DNA of 57,303 bases from an uncultured Clostridia bacterium (GCA_944393135.1 CALXZC010000003.1:1-57303), one strand, 5' to 3'; positions 12,217 through 22,785 are shown, counted from the first letter of the stretch. Notes: a model not told the origin generated them from the sequence alone. Program-made: numbers and translations.

Positions 12217-12755
12217 ATGAATAAAAAAATTTTAATAATCATAATCACAGTTGTATTTATCTTAATATTTACAGCAATAGCCTTATTTATTAATAAAGAC
12301 AAAGAAAAACATATAATTTTACTATTGGATATGTTCCAAATGATATTAAGGTAGAAAATAAAGTAGAAAATGTAATAGTTAATAAAAGGTTAAATCAAAA
12401 GCCAGAAAATGTTAAGATAGAAGTTGATAAAAGTACAATACCACCAGAAAGTGTTACTATAATAATCACAGACAATAATGAAGATCATTATATGTATTGG
12501 GAAGATTTTGGATTACAGAAAAAAGTTAATGGTAAATGGGAATATGTAGATTATATAATTGAAGGATTTTCTTGGATTGATGGATGTTATGGCTCATATG
12601 ATTTAGATGAAAATAATCAACTAATTCAAAAATTAGATATAGAAAAATATCATGGAAAATTGTCTAAAGGAACATATAGAATAGTAAAAATAGTTACTGA
12701 TGCTAATTATATGGCTAACATTAATATATATTCAGACGAATTTGAAATAAAATAA
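12217..12755 (+). pseudogene. Frameshifted membrane-anchored Ig-like domain protein
   Basis: RBS and ATG 12217 encode a signal anchor; the frame changes (-1) near the A-run at ~12305 and continues open into ORF 12492-12755 (FGLQKKVNGKWEY...GKLSKGTYRIVK). Confidence 0.65.
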
Positions 12756-12758
12756 TAT

Positions 12759-12803
12759 AAAAAGAATTAATAAATTTCTATCAGATTTTTATTAATTCTT
12801 TTT
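12759..12803. terminator. Bidirectional terminator
   Basis: AAAAAGAATTAATAAA ... TTTATTAATTCTTTTT between convergent genes. Confidence 0.6.
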
Positions 12804-12808
12804 AAATA

Positions 12809-13447
12809 CTAAGTTTTCAAAGTCTTAAAATGATTACAGAACTTATTAATTGGGCATTCTAGACATTTAGGATGTCTTGCAATACAAGTATTTCTGCCAT
12901 GCCAAACCAAAAGATGATTTATATCTTTCAAAGCATCTTTTGGAAACAACTTAATTAAATCCTGTTCAATTTTTTCAGGCTCTTTTTTATTAGATAAACC
13001 AACTAAATTAGAAATTCTCTTAGCATGAGTATCAACAGCAATACCTTCAGCAATGCCAAAAACTTCAAGCATAATAACATTAGCACTTTTTCTACCAACT
13101 CCAGCTAAACTTGTCAATTCTTCCATAGAATGAGGAACCACTCCATTAAAATTCTCTATAACTTGTTTAGCACAAAGTTTAATATTTTTAGCCTTGTTCT
13201 TATAAAAACCACAAGGATGTATAATCTTTTCTAGTTCAGAAATATCAATATTTGCAAAATCTTCAATAGACTTACACCTAGAAAAAAGTTCAGGAGTAGT
13301 CTTATTAACTCTCTCATCAGTACATTGAGCAGAAAGCATAACAGCAACAACTAACTGAAAAGGAGTTTCAAAATCCAAACTACAAGTAGCATCAGGATAA
13401 GCATTTTTTAATAAATTAACTAATTCTTTTGCATCATTTTTATTCAT
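12809..13447 (-). CDS. nth: Endonuclease III
   Basis: LSAQCTD, HhH LAGVGRKSANV, AVDTH, Fe-S motif CIARHPKCLECPINKFC. Confidence 0.96.
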   Translation of the reverse strand: MNKNDAKELVNLLKNAYPDATCSLDFETPFQLVVAVMLSAQCTDERVNKTTPELFSRCKSIEDFANIDISELEKIIHPCGFYKNKAKNIKLCAKQVIENFNGVVPHSMEELTSLAGVGRKSANVIMLEVFGIAEGIAVDTHAKRISNLVGLSNKKEPEKIEQDLIKLFPKDALKDINHLLVWHGRNTCIARHPKCLECPINKFCNHFKTLKT

Positions 13448-13578
13448 CTCATATCACCTACAAAATCTTATTTATAGTATTTTACAAGAAAAAACAAAAT
13501 TCGTCAAATAAAGAAAATTAGGAACAAATAAAATAAAAAAAACATATGATATACAAAAACAAAGGGGAGGAATTTAAC

Positions 13579-13728
13579 ATGGGACGATTTTTAAAGAAAA
13601 CTTTAGCAGTATGTTTAATAGGTTTAGGATTAGGGATTTTACTTGTTTTATTGCTTCCCATAAGTGGATGGTTATTTATAATAGGTTTAACTGTAGTTTG
13701 CGTTGGATTAATGTGGCTTGCTTGTTAA
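13579..13728 (+). CDS. Small two-TM membrane protein (49 aa)
   Basis: GGGGAGG RBS, MGRFLKK then two hydrophobic segments; directly upstream of spoVM. Confidence 0.65.
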   Translation: MGRFLKKTLAVCLIGLGLGILLVLLLPISGWLFIIGLTVVCVGLMWLAC

Positions 13729-13748
13729 AAAAGATAGGAGGGATACAT

Positions 13749-13823
13749 ATGACTATTGTGGTAAAAAAAGTACCTAAATTTTTAAGAGGATTTGTAAAAT
13801 TTATATTTAGAATAAAAGATTAA
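13749..13823 (+). CDS. spoVM: Stage V sporulation protein SpoVM (24 aa amphipathic helix)
   Basis: GGAGG RBS; MTIVVKKVPKFLRGFVKFIFRIKD matches the SpoVM K.PKFL.G pattern; convergent with rpmB as in Bacillus. Confidence 0.85.
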   Translation: MTIVVKKVPKFLRGFVKFIFRIKD

Positions 13824-13827
13824 AAAT

Positions 13828-13858
13828 AAAAAGAGCTTTAAAAAACTAAGCTCTTTTT
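13828..13858. terminator. Bidirectional terminator spoVM/rpmB
   Basis: AAAAAGAGCTT ... AAGCTCTTTTT. Confidence 0.6.
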
Positions 13859-14043
13859 ACTTTTCCATTTTTCAAACATTTAGCACATACATGAATTCTT
13901 TTAACTTCACCATTTATTTCAGCCTTAACAGTTCTTAAATTTGGTTTCCAAGTACGTGGTGATCTTTTACTTATATGAGAACGAGTAATGCTAAGTTGTT
14001 TTCCGTGACTAGGTTGTTTATCACAAATTTCACATCTTGCCAT
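13846..14043 (-). CDS. rpmB: 50S ribosomal protein bL28
   Basis: MARCEICDK...RTWKPNL...VCAKCLK. Confidence 0.95.
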   Translation of the reverse strand: MARCEICDKQPSHGKQLSITRSHISKRSPRTWKPNLRTVKAEINGEVKRIHVCAKCLKNGKVKRA

Positions 14044-14212
14044 TATCAAATGCACCTCCTAAAATTTCATAAATAAATTGACTGTATCTAAGTTTATCAT
14101 AAAAATAAAAAAAAAACAAGTATTTTTTGAAAAATATCTAGAAATTCACTTGCAAAATAGGAAAAATGTGGTATAATAATTAAGCCATAGGAAAAAGAAA
14201 GGATTGAAGGAA

Positions 14213-15502
14213 ATGAAATGTAAATTAGAAAAAACAGAGAATGCAAATGAAGTAAAATTTGAAATAACAGTAGAAGCTGAAAAATTTGAAGAAGCAACAA
14301 AAAAAGTATATTTCAAAAGTGCTAAATATTTTAATATACCAGGATTTAGAAAAGGAAAAGCACCAATGCAAATAGTAGAAAAATATTATGGGAAAGAAAT
14401 ATTCTATGAAGATGCATTTAACGAAGTAGCACAAACAGCTTTAGAAGAAGCAGTAACAGAAAATAAAGTAGAAGTAGTATCAAGACCAGAAGTAGATATA
14501 AAACAAATGGAAAAAGGAAAAGATTTAATATTCACAGTAGTAATGCAAACAAAACCAGAAGCAGAACTTGGAAAATATAAAGGTATAGAAATACCAAAAA
14601 TTGAGTATAATGTATCAGACGAAGATATAAATCATGAATTAGAACATATGCAAGAACATAATAGTAGATTAATATCAATAGATGATAGAGCAGTAGAAAA
14701 AGGAGATACAGTAAATATAGACTTTGAAGGATTTGTAGAAGGAAAAGCCTTTGAAGGAGGAAAGGCAGAGAAATATGACATAGAAATAGGAAGCAATACA
14801 TTTATACCAGGATTTGAAGATGGCGTAATCGGAATGAAAATAGATGAAGAAAAAGACATAGATGTAAAATTCCCAAAAGAATATTTCTCAAAAGAATTAG
14901 CAGGAAAAGACGCAATGTTCAAAGTAAAATTACATGAAATAAAGAAAAAAGAATTACCAAAACTAGATGACGAATTTGCAAAAGATGTAAGTGAATTTGA
15001 TACATTAGAAGAACTAAAAGCAGACATAAAGAAAAAATTAGAAAAACAAAATGCAGATAGAACAAAATACGAAACAGAAGAAGCAGTAATAAAAGCACTT
15101 TGTGAAAATACTAAAATAGATATACCATCAGGAATGATAGAAACAGAAGTAGATAATATGTTAAAAGACTTTGAAAATCGTCTATCATATCAAGGATTAA
15201 AGATGGAACAATACTTAAAAATGTTAGGTAAAACTAAAGAAGAAATAAGAAAAGAATACGAACCTCAAGCAATCGAAGGAATAAAATCAAAATTAGCAAT
15301 CGAAGCAGTAGTAAAAGCAGAAAAAATAGAAGCAACAGAAAAAGAAGTAGAAGATAAAATAAAAGAAATGGCTAAAAATTACGGAAAAGAAAATGACGAA
15401 GCATTCTTAAAAAATGAAAATGTAAGAAACTATCTAAAAGAAGGAATTGAATCAGAAAAAGCAATGGAATTCTTAATAAAAAATGCAAAAATAAAGAAAT
15501 AA
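14213..15502 (+). CDS. tig: Trigger factor
   Basis: IPGFRKGKAP ribosome-binding motif, FKBP domain FEGG...FIPGFE, PKLDDEFAKDVSEF. Confidence 0.96.
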   Translation: MKCKLEKTENANEVKFEITVEAEKFEEATKKVYFKSAKYFNIPGFRKGKAPMQIVEKYYGKEIFYEDAFNEVAQTALEEAVTENKVEVVSRPEVDIKQMEKGKDLIFTVVMQTKPEAELGKYKGIEIPKIEYNVSDEDINHELEHMQEHNSRLISIDDRAVEKGDTVNIDFEGFVEGKAFEGGKAEKYDIEIGSNTFIPGFEDGVIGMKIDEEKDIDVKFPKEYFSKELAGKDAMFKVKLHEIKKKELPKLDDEFAKDVSEFDTLEELKADIKKKLEKQNADRTKYETEEAVIKALCENTKIDIPSGMIETEVDNMLKDFENRLSYQGLKMEQYLKMLGKTKEEIRKEYEPQAIEGIKSKLAIEAVVKAEKIEATEKEVEDKIKEMAKNYGKENDEAFLKNENVRNYLKEGIESEKAMEFLIKNAKIKK

Positions 15503-15508
15503 TAAAAT

Positions 15509-15553
15509 GCTGGGGGATAAAATCATTAGTAAAATTTTAGCCCCAGCTTTTTT
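15509..15553 (+). terminator. Terminator after tig
   Basis: GCTGGGG ... CCCCAGC followed by T-run. Confidence 0.6.
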
Positions 15554-15597
15554 GTAATAAACAGCTATTTGTAATATATATAAAAATATAAAACATT

Positions 15598-15656
15598 GGG
15601 AAGGTCTGTCCCAAATGCGACAAAATATAGGCATGGGGACAGTCCCCATGCGACAT
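15598..15656. repeat. REP-like repeat cluster, copy 2 (upstream of clpP)
   Basis: TCTGTCCCAAATGCGACA...TAGGCATGGGGACAGTCCCCATGCGACA. Confidence 0.85.
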
Positions 15657-15673
15657 TAAAGGAGGAAAATAAA

Positions 15674-16279
15674 ATGTTAGAAAAAAATAGTCTAGTACCT
15701 TATGTAATTGAGCAAACTAGTAAAGGAGAAAGGTCTTATGATATCTTTTCAAGATTATTAAAAGATAGAATTATATTTTTAGGAGAAGATGTTAATCCTA
15801 CAACATCAAGTTTAGTAATAGCACAACTATTATTCTTAGAATCAGAAGATCCAGATAAAGAAATTAGTTTATATATTAATTCACCAGGTGGTTCTATTAC
15901 AGATGGAATGGGAATTATAGATACTATGAATTATATAACATGCCCAGTATCAACAATTTGTATTGGTATGGCGGCTAGTATGGGAGCAGCCCTTTTAGCA
16001 GCAGGAGAAAAAGGAAAAAGATTTGCAACACCTAATGCTGAAATATTAATACACCAGCCATTAATTGGTGGTGGAGGACTTTCTGGTCAAGCAACAGAAA
16101 TCAAAATACATGCAGACCATTTAGTAAAAACAAGAGAAAAATTAAATAAATTTTTAAGTGAAAGAACAGGTCAAACAGTAGAACAAATACAAAAAGATAC
16201 AGAAAGAGATAATTATATGACAGCAGAAGAAGCATTAAAATATGGATTAATAGATGGAATTATGGACAAAAGAAAATAA
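15674..16279 (+). CDS. clpP: ATP-dependent Clp protease proteolytic subunit
   Basis: [36 protein letters not shown]; real start at ATG 15674 behind AAAGGAGG. Confidence 0.97.
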   Translation: MLEKNSLVPYVIEQTSKGERSYDIFSRLLKDRIIFLGEDVNPTTSSLVIAQLLFLESEDPDKEISLYINSPGGSITDGMGIIDTMNYITCPVSTICIGMAASMGAALLAAGEKGKRFATPNAEILIHQPLIGGGGLSGQATEIKIHADHLVKTREKLNKFLSERTGQTVEQIQKDTERDNYMTAEEALKYGLIDGIMDKRK

Positions 16280-16306
16280 AAGTTAATTTATGTAAGAGGA
16301 GGAATT

Positions 16307-17632
16307 ATGGCAAGAAACGATAAACCAAAAAGTGTAAGATGTTCTTTTTGTGGTAAAGCACAAGAAAATGTAAGAAAAATTGTAGCAGGACCAGGAGTAT
16401 ATATTTGTGATGAGTGTGTAGAATTATGTAATAGTATAATAGAAGCCGAATTATATGATGATGAAAAATCTGGATATACATTAAATGAGTTAAATAATTT
16501 ACCAACTCCACAAGAAATAAAAGATATATTGGATGATTATGTAATAGGACAAGATGAAGCAAAAAGAACTTTATCAGTGGCTGTATATAACCATTATAAA
16601 AGAATTGCACATGAAGAGACCAACAAAAAAGATGATGATGTAGAAATACAGAAAAGTAATATTTTATTGTTAGGACCAACAGGTTGTGGAAAAACTTTGC
16701 TTGCAAGAACATTAGCCAAAATTTTAAGAGTACCATTTACAATAGCAGATGCAACAACTCTAACAGAGGCAGGGTATGTTGGAGAAGATGTGGAAAATAT
16801 ACTTTTAAAATTAATTCAAGCAGCAGATGGTGATATTGAAAAAGCAGAAAAAGGAATTATTTATATAGATGAAATAGATAAAATTGCAAGAAAATCAGAA
16901 AATGTTTCTATAACAAGAGATGTAAGTGGCGAAGGAGTGCAACAAGCACTACTTAAAATAATAGAAGGAACAGTGGCATCAGTTCCACCACAAGGAGGAA
17001 GAAAACATCCTAATCAGGAACTAATTCAAATAAATACGGAGAATATATTAATTATTTGTGGAGGAGCTTTTGAAGGTTTAGAAAATATAATCAAAGAAAG
17101 AACTGGAGAAAAAGAAATAGGATTTGGAAAAAGAGTTCAAACTAAAAAAGAAGTTGACAAATATGAAGTATTTAAAGAATTATTGCCTCAAGATTTACTA
17201 AAATTTGGACTAATTCCAGAATTTATAGGAAGATTACCTATTGTTGCAACATTAAGAGATTTAGATAAAGAAACATTAGTAAAAATACTACAAGAACCTA
17301 AAAATTCTTTAGTAAAACAATATCAAAAATTATTTGAAATAGATGGTGTAGAACTTGTATTTGAAAAAGAAGCTTTGGAAGCGATTGTTGATAAAGCCAT
17401 TGAAAGAAAAACAGGGGCAAGAGGACTTCGTTCTATTATAGAAGAAATAATGAGAGATATCATGTTTGATATTCCTTCTAAACCTAATATTGAAAAATGT
17501 ATAATAACAAAAGAAACAGTTTTAGGAACACAAGGTCCTAAAGTAATAGAAGGGAAAGAAGAAAATATAAAAAAACCAATAATAAAAAAGAAAAGACAAA
17601 CACCACAAAAAGATGAAAAAGAAACTGCGTAA
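16307..17632 (+). CDS. clpX: Clp protease ATPase subunit ClpX
   Basis: CSFCGK..ICDEC zinc finger, [17 protein letters not shown] loop, TGARGLR. Confidence 0.97.
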   Translation: MARNDKPKSVRCSFCGKAQENVRKIVAGPGVYICDECVELCNSIIEAELYDDEKSGYTLNELNNLPTPQEIKDILDDYVIGQDEAKRTLSVAVYNHYKRIAHEETNKKDDDVEIQKSNILLLGPTGCGKTLLARTLAKILRVPFTIADATTLTEAGYVGEDVENILLKLIQAADGDIEKAEKGIIYIDEIDKIARKSENVSITRDVSGEGVQQALLKIIEGTVASVPPQGGRKHPNQELIQINTENILIICGGAFEGLENIIKERTGEKEIGFGKRVQTKKEVDKYEVFKELLPQDLLKFGLIPEFIGRLPIVATLRDLDKETLVKILQEPKNSLVKQYQKLFEIDGVELVFEKEALEAIVDKAIERKTGARGLRSIIEEIMRDIMFDIPSKPNIEKCIITKETVLGTQGPKVIEGKEENIKKPIIKKKRQTPQKDEKETA

Positions 17633-17639
17633 ATAGTAA

Positions 17640-17670
17640 AAGGCTTCTGAAAAGAGGCCTTCTTATTTTT
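17640..17670 (+). terminator. Terminator after clpX
   Basis: AAGGCTTCT GAAA AGAGGCCTT followed by T-rich tract. Confidence 0.6.
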
Positions 17671-17727
17671 ATTGTAATATTTTTAAAATTATGATATTAT
17701 GTAAAAGTAAAAAATGAGGAGAGAAAA

Positions 17728-19095
17728 ATGCCAGTAGAAAAAAATCAAGAATATATAGTAGATATAATAGATAATGGATTTGAAGGAGAAGGAATTGCAA
17801 AAATTAAAGACTTTACAATTTTTATACCAAACTGTATAAAAGGCGAAAAAGTAAAAATATTAATTGTAAAAGTTTTAAAATCACATGCTTTTGGAAAAAT
17901 AATAGAAATACTAAAAACTTCAGAGTATAGAGTAGACAGTGACTGTTTAACATATAAGCGTTGTGGAGGTTGTGATTTAAGACATATAAAATATGAGGAA
18001 ACGCTAAAAATGAAACAAAATGCAGTTCAAAGTTTAGTAAATAAAACTTTAAAAAACAAAATAAAAGTAGAAGAAACATTAGGAATGGAAAATCCTATGT
18101 TTTACAGAAATAAAGCGCAATACCCAGTAGGTCTAGATAAAGAAGGGAAACCAATAATAGGAGTTTTTGCAAATAGAACACATGAAATTATACCTATAGA
18201 AGAATGCCTAATTCAAAATAAGGAAAGCCAGAAAATAGCTAAATTTGTTCTAGAGTTTATAAGCAAAAATAGAATTTCCATTTATAATGAAAAAACAAGG
18301 AAAGGGCTAATCAGACATATTGTAACAAAAGTAGGAATTAAATCAAATGAAATAATGCTTATAATAGTTATAAATGGAACAAAAATACCAAAAGAAAATG
18401 AATTAGTAGAACAAGTAAGAAAAGAATTTAAGAATGTAAAAACAATAATTAAAAATATAAATAAAAAAGTTACCAATGTAATTATGGGGAAAGAAAACGT
18501 TAATTTATATGGAAATGGATACATAGTGGATATTTTAGGAGACTATAAATTTAAAATATCGCCATTATCTTTTTATCAAGTAAATCCAATCCAAGCAGAA
18601 AAAATATACCAAATAGGAGTAGAAGCAGCCTCTATTTCCAAGAAGGATACAGTATTTGACTTATATTGTGGAATAGGTACAATTTCAATATTTATGGCAA
18701 AATATTCTAAAAAAGTATATGGAATAGAAATTGTTGAAGAAGCAATAAAAGATGCAAAAGAAAATGCAAAAATAAATCATATAAATAATACAGAGTTTAT
18801 TTCAGGAGATGTTGAAAACACATTAGATGAATTAATAAATGGTAAAAAAATTGTTCCAGATGTCATTATGATAGATCCGCCAAGAAAAGGAATAGATAAT
18901 AAAAGTATAGAAAATATATTAAAAGTTAGTCCTAATAAAATAGTATATATAAGTTGTAATCCAGCAACACTTGTAAGAGACTTAGCAAAGTTAGAAGAAA
19001 AATATGATGTTAAAATGATAAAACCAGCAGATATGTTTCCATACAGTAAACATGTAGAAGTCATAACAAGTTTAGAAATAAAGAAAAGTAGGTAA
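17728..19095 (+). CDS. rlmD: 23S rRNA m5U1939 methyltransferase RlmD
   Basis: TRAM domain, C..CGGC Fe-S motif, SFYQVN, DLYCGIGT, DPPRKG, YISCNPATL, DMFP..HVE. Confidence 0.93.
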   Translation: MPVEKNQEYIVDIIDNGFEGEGIAKIKDFTIFIPNCIKGEKVKILIVKVLKSHAFGKIIEILKTSEYRVDSDCLTYKRCGGCDLRHIKYEETLKMKQNAVQSLVNKTLKNKIKVEETLGMENPMFYRNKAQYPVGLDKEGKPIIGVFANRTHEIIPIEECLIQNKESQKIAKFVLEFISKNRISIYNEKTRKGLIRHIVTKVGIKSNEIMLIIVINGTKIPKENELVEQVRKEFKNVKTIIKNINKKVTNVIMGKENVNLYGNGYIVDILGDYKFKISPLSFYQVNPIQAEKIYQIGVEAASISKKDTVFDLYCGIGTISIFMAKYSKKVYGIEIVEEAIKDAKENAKINHINNTEFISGDVENTLDELINGKKIVPDVIMIDPPRKGIDNKSIENILKVSPNKIVYISCNPATLVRDLAKLEEKYDVKMIKPADMFPYSKHVEVITSLEIKKSR

Positions 19096-19132
19096 AATAT
19101 AAACTATATTTAAGAAAGTTGAGGGAAAAAAT

Positions 19133-19549
19133 GTGAAAAAATTAAATATAATACTTGTATACAATAAAAAAGAGGACAAGATACTAATGTGTAAAAGAAA
19201 AAAAGACCCATATAAAGGAAAATTCAATTTGGTTGGAGGAAAAGTAGAAAAAGGAGAAGATGAACTACATGCAGCATACAGAGAGCTAAAGGAAGAAACA
19301 GGGATAACAAATAATGATATAAAATTAACTCATTTTATGAATTTTCAATATGAAATATCAGATATGGAATTAGAATTATATGTAGGAAAGCTAAATAAAG
19401 AAAAGGAATTAGTAGAAGAAATAAACGAGTTATATTGGATAGATAAAAAAGAAAACTTTTTCAATATAGAAAAATATGCAGGAGAAGGAAATATCGGACA
19501 TATGGTAAAACAAGTAGAATTGTATAGAAATAAACTATTTGAGGGATAA
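19133..19549 (+). CDS. NUDIX hydrolase
   Basis: Nudix box GGKVEKGEDELHAAYRELKEETG. Confidence 0.9.
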   Translation: MKKLNIILVYNKKEDKILMCKRKKDPYKGKFNLVGGKVEKGEDELHAAYRELKEETGITNNDIKLTHFMNFQYEISDMELELYVGKLNKEKELVEEINELYWIDKKENFFNIEKYAGEGNIGHMVKQVELYRNKLFEG

Positions 19550-19802
19550 AAAAGTAAAATTTCTAATATGTTAAATATGTTACATATATTAAAAGACAAA
19601 AGATGGTTTGATTTATGGTATATATAAACCTTACGGCTATGAAAAAACATTAGCACAAAACGAAAAAAAGTAAAATGAAAATATAAAATAAAGAAGTTAT
19701 ATAGGAAAAGGAAGTAAAAAATTACTTTCTTTTTCGTTAGAATTTGAGATTTTATAAAAAATGTGATATATAATAAATAAAAAACAAAGAAAGAGGAGAA
19801 AA

Positions 19803-20165
19803 ATGCAAAGAATAATAGTAAAAGTAGGTTCAGAAGGAATAGATATCAACATATGCTATGGAGAAAAAACAGAACACATATTAACACAAAAAATAGCATT
19901 TGAAGAAAATTACAAAAAAGAAAACAAAATAGCAAAAGCAGATATGGAAAAATTATTAGAAAGAATAAAAATATTAAATGTAGTCTACTATGATATACAT
20001 ATTTATGGAACGGGAATATTTGCTAGATTTAAAAAAGAAGAAAAAAATAAACTCATAAAAGAAATTAAAGAAAAAACAAAAAGAGAAATTTATATATTAA
20101 ATCAAGAAGAAGAAAAACAACTAGAAAAAGAAGGAATAAAATATTTAATAAAAAACAATAAATAA
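19803..20165 (+). CDS. Hypothetical protein resembling the N-terminal half of Ppx/GppA phosphatase
   Basis: GAGGAG RBS; VKVGS..., IYGTGIFAR, IYILNQEEEKQLEKEGI echo the ASKHA Ppx N-domain. Confidence 0.45.
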   Translation: MQRIIVKVGSEGIDINICYGEKTEHILTQKIAFEENYKKENKIAKADMEKLLERIKILNVVYYDIHIYGTGIFARFKKEEKNKLIKEIKEKTKREIYILNQEEEKQLEKEGIKYLIKNNK

Positions 20166-20230
20166 AAAATATTTTAAAAAGTAAAAGTTTCTACAAATTT
20201 AGCACAGAAAAGGTGTATAATAAAACAAAT

Positions 20231-20335
20231 GGGATGGTGTGTCCCAGATGCGACATTTTATAGGCATGGGGACAGTCCCTACTGAGACATTTTTGTACTC
20301 ATAGGGACAGTCCCCAAGCGACACCAAAGCGACAT
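20231..20335. repeat. REP-like repeat cluster, copy 3 (upstream of era)
   Basis: TGTCCCAGATGCGACA...TAGGCATGGGGACAGTCCCTACTGAGACA...CATAGGGACAGTCCCC. Confidence 0.85.
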
Positions 20336-20345
20336 GGAGGAGATT

Positions 20346-21248
20346 ATGGAAGAATTTAAATCAGGTTTTGTAACTTTAATAGGAAGAACAAATGTGGGAA
20401 AATCGACTTTAATTAATTTATTAGTTGGAGAAAAGGTTGCGGCTATAGCAAATAAAGTTCAGACTACAAGAACAGCGATTAGAGGAATTGTGAATCGTAA
20501 AAACTCACAAATAATTTTTACGGATACGCCAGGAATACATAAACCTAGAACTAAGCTTAATGAAACAATGCTAGATACATCTTTTACAAGTTTAAAAGAT
20601 GCAGATGTGGTTTTGTTTTTAATAGAAGCAACAAGCGAGGATATAGGTAGAGGCGATAATAGAATATTAGAGAAAATAAAAGAAGCGAATGCAAAAACTA
20701 TTTTAATTATAAATAAAATTGATTTAGTAAAAAGAGAAAAACTTTTAAAATTGATTGACTTATACAGTAAAGAATATGATTTTGAAGCGGTAATTCCAAT
20801 ATCTGCTACAAATAAAAAATATAAGGAAATAATATTAGAAGAAATAGAAAAGAACCTAAAGCCAGGACCTGCATATTATGATAAGGAAGAGTATACAGAC
20901 CAAACTATGAGAGAGCTTGCAGAAGAGACTATAAGAGAAAAGGCTTTGAAATTATTACAAGATGAAGTGCCACATGGTATTTATGTTGAAGTTACAAAAA
21001 TGAAAGAAAGAAAAAATAAAAATGGAGAAGATATTTATGACATAGAAGCAACTATATATTGCTTAAGAAATTCTCATAAGGGTATTATTATAGGTAAGAA
21101 TGGTGAAATGTTAAAGAGAATAGGAATGTTAGCTAGACTTGATATGGAGGAAAATTTTGGTGTAAAGGTGAATTTAAAAACTTGGGTAAAAGTGAAAGAA
21201 GATTGGCAAGATAATAATAGTATAGTGAGTAAATTTAAATTAAAATAA
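20346..21248 (+). CDS. era: GTPase Era
   Basis: FKSGFV..IGRTNVGKSTL, QTTR, DTPGIHKP, NKID, KH domain SHKGIIIGKNG. Confidence 0.97.
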   Translation: MEEFKSGFVTLIGRTNVGKSTLINLLVGEKVAAIANKVQTTRTAIRGIVNRKNSQIIFTDTPGIHKPRTKLNETMLDTSFTSLKDADVVLFLIEATSEDIGRGDNRILEKIKEANAKTILIINKIDLVKREKLLKLIDLYSKEYDFEAVIPISATNKKYKEIILEEIEKNLKPGPAYYDKEEYTDQTMRELAEETIREKALKLLQDEVPHGIYVEVTKMKERKNKNGEDIYDIEATIYCLRNSHKGIIIGKNGEMLKRIGMLARLDMEENFGVKVNLKTWVKVKEDWQDNNSIVSKFKLK

Positions 21249-21317
21249 AGGTATAAAAATAACAAAAAACGCAAAAGATAAATTAAAGTTAAAACTTTAG
21301 GAAAAGGAAGTGAGCTT

Positions 21318-21482
21318 ATGATAAAGAAAATAGCATGGGATACCTTTAAAAATACGGGAGATATTAATGCTTTTTTAGAATTAAAACAAATAGAAGATAT
21401 TGAGAAAAATATAATTACAAATAAAGAAAAGGATATAGAAGAAAATGGCAAACCAGAAGATAAGTGGAATAATACTTTCTGA
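21318..21482 (+). CDS. YqzL-family small protein
   Basis: MIKKIAWDTFKNTGDINAFLE fits the YqzL W..F..TG.I..yL pattern; typical era-yqzL-recO position; below the ORF-track cutoff. Confidence 0.7.
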   Translation: MIKKIAWDTFKNTGDINAFLELKQIEDIEKNIITNKEKDIEENGKPEDKWNNTF

Positions 21483-22173
21483 GCATAATATGGGTGATTT
21501 TGATAAAATGCTTACAATGTTAACACCTGGTATTGGAAAGATTTCTTGTGTAGCTAAAGGAGCAAGAAGACCTAAAAGCGCTCTTTTAGCTGGCACCCAG
21601 ATGTTTTGCTTTGGAGAGTATTTAGTATATAAAGGAACAAGTACATATCATATAAATTCGGTAGAGCCGATTGAAATATTTTATAATTTAAGGACAGACT
21701 TAGATAAATTAAAGTATGCTGTACACATAAATAAAATAGTACAAGATGTAACACATGAAAATCAGAACTGTTATAATATTTTACAATTATTGCTTAACAC
21801 CTTATACACAATATCTGAAACTGATAAAGATTTAGATTTTGTTTTGAGTATATTTAAATTACGTCTTTTATGCATTTTAGGGTTTACTCCCAATATAAGA
21901 GAATGCGTAAATTGTAAAGAAAATGAAAATCTGGAATTTTTTAGTATAAGAGATGATGGGTTTAAGTGCAAGATGTGTAGTAAACAAGACACATCTGTAT
22001 TAGAGATGTGTAAAAGCACGAAAAGTGCTATTATGTACACAATTACAGCCCCTGCAAAAAAGTTATATTCATTTAGTATAAAAGACGAAGCGTTAGAAGA
22101 ATTTAAGTTAATTACAAAAATATATTTTAATCAAAAATTAGAAAAAGATTATAAGTTAGAAGAATTGTTTTAA
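21445..22173 (+). CDS. recO: DNA repair protein RecO
   Basis: GDFDKMLT..GKIS.VAKGARRPKS, zinc finger CVNC...CKMC. Confidence 0.93.
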   Translation: MANQKISGIILSEHNMGDFDKMLTMLTPGIGKISCVAKGARRPKSALLAGTQMFCFGEYLVYKGTSTYHINSVEPIEIFYNLRTDLDKLKYAVHINKIVQDVTHENQNCYNILQLLLNTLYTISETDKDLDFVLSIFKLRLLCILGFTPNIRECVNCKENENLEFFSIRDDGFKCKMCSKQDTSVLEMCKSTKSAIMYTITAPAKKLYSFSIKDEALEEFKLITKIYFNQKLEKDYKLEELF

Positions 22174-22257
22174 AAAGCTTGAAAAAAATCGAAATAATAG
22201 ATATAATAAACATATAACATACAAAGTTTAACTTTAATAGAGAAGGGAGCGATTTTT

Positions 22258-22785
22258 ATGAAAATAAAAATAACAGGAAAGGAACTAAAGATAACAGAAG
22301 CTATAAACGATTATGTAGAGAAAAAATTAGAAAGAGTTGATAAATATTTTGAAAATGCAGAAGCTGAAGTTACTTTAAGAACTGAAAGAACAGAACAAAT
22401 TGCTGAAATTTATGTTACAGCAAATGGAGAAAAGTATAGAGCAGTAACAGAGGATAAAGATATGTATGCTTCTATTGACAAAGATATAGATATATTAGAA
22501 GGTCAAATTAGAAAGTCAAAGACTAAAAAAGAAAAAATGATGAGAGAAGGTTCATTAAGAACAATGGAAGTAAATGAAGAAAAACATACAGAAGTTGCAA
22601 ATGAAATAATTAAAACTTCTTATTACGATATTAAACCAATGCTTCCAGAAGATGCAGTTTTAAAACTACAAGAAAAACCAACACATAACTTTTTAGCTTT
22701 TATAAATGTAGAAACAGGAAAGGTAAATGTAATACATAAACTAAAAGATGGTAAAAATTATGGCTTAGTTGAGCCAGAAGAATAG
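22258..22785 (+). CDS. hpf: Ribosome hibernation promoting factor (long HPF)
   Basis: MKIKITGKELKITEAINDYVEKKL, DMYASID, C-terminal KPM..EDA...YGLVEP. Confidence 0.92.
   Translation: MKIKITGKELKITEAINDYVEKKLERVDKYFENAEAEVTLRTERTEQIAEIYVTANGEKYRAVTEDKDMYASIDKDIDILEGQIRKSKTKKEKMMREGSLRTMEVNEEKHTEVANEIIKTSYYDIKPMLPEDAVLKLQEKPTHNFLAFINVETGKVNVIHKLKDGKNYGLVEPEE

Noticed and set aside
12290-12360. Frameshift in the Ig-like gene as another recoding site
   Set aside because: It is a -1 type break near an A-run with no CGG; an ordinary mutation or sequencing error is more likely
15596-15673. N-terminal extensions of ClpP (also RsgA, Era, SpoVG, SASP, FIST, ALDH) in the ORF track
   Set aside because: They are translations of repeat or leader sequence; a downstream start with a proper RBS matches the family N-terminus
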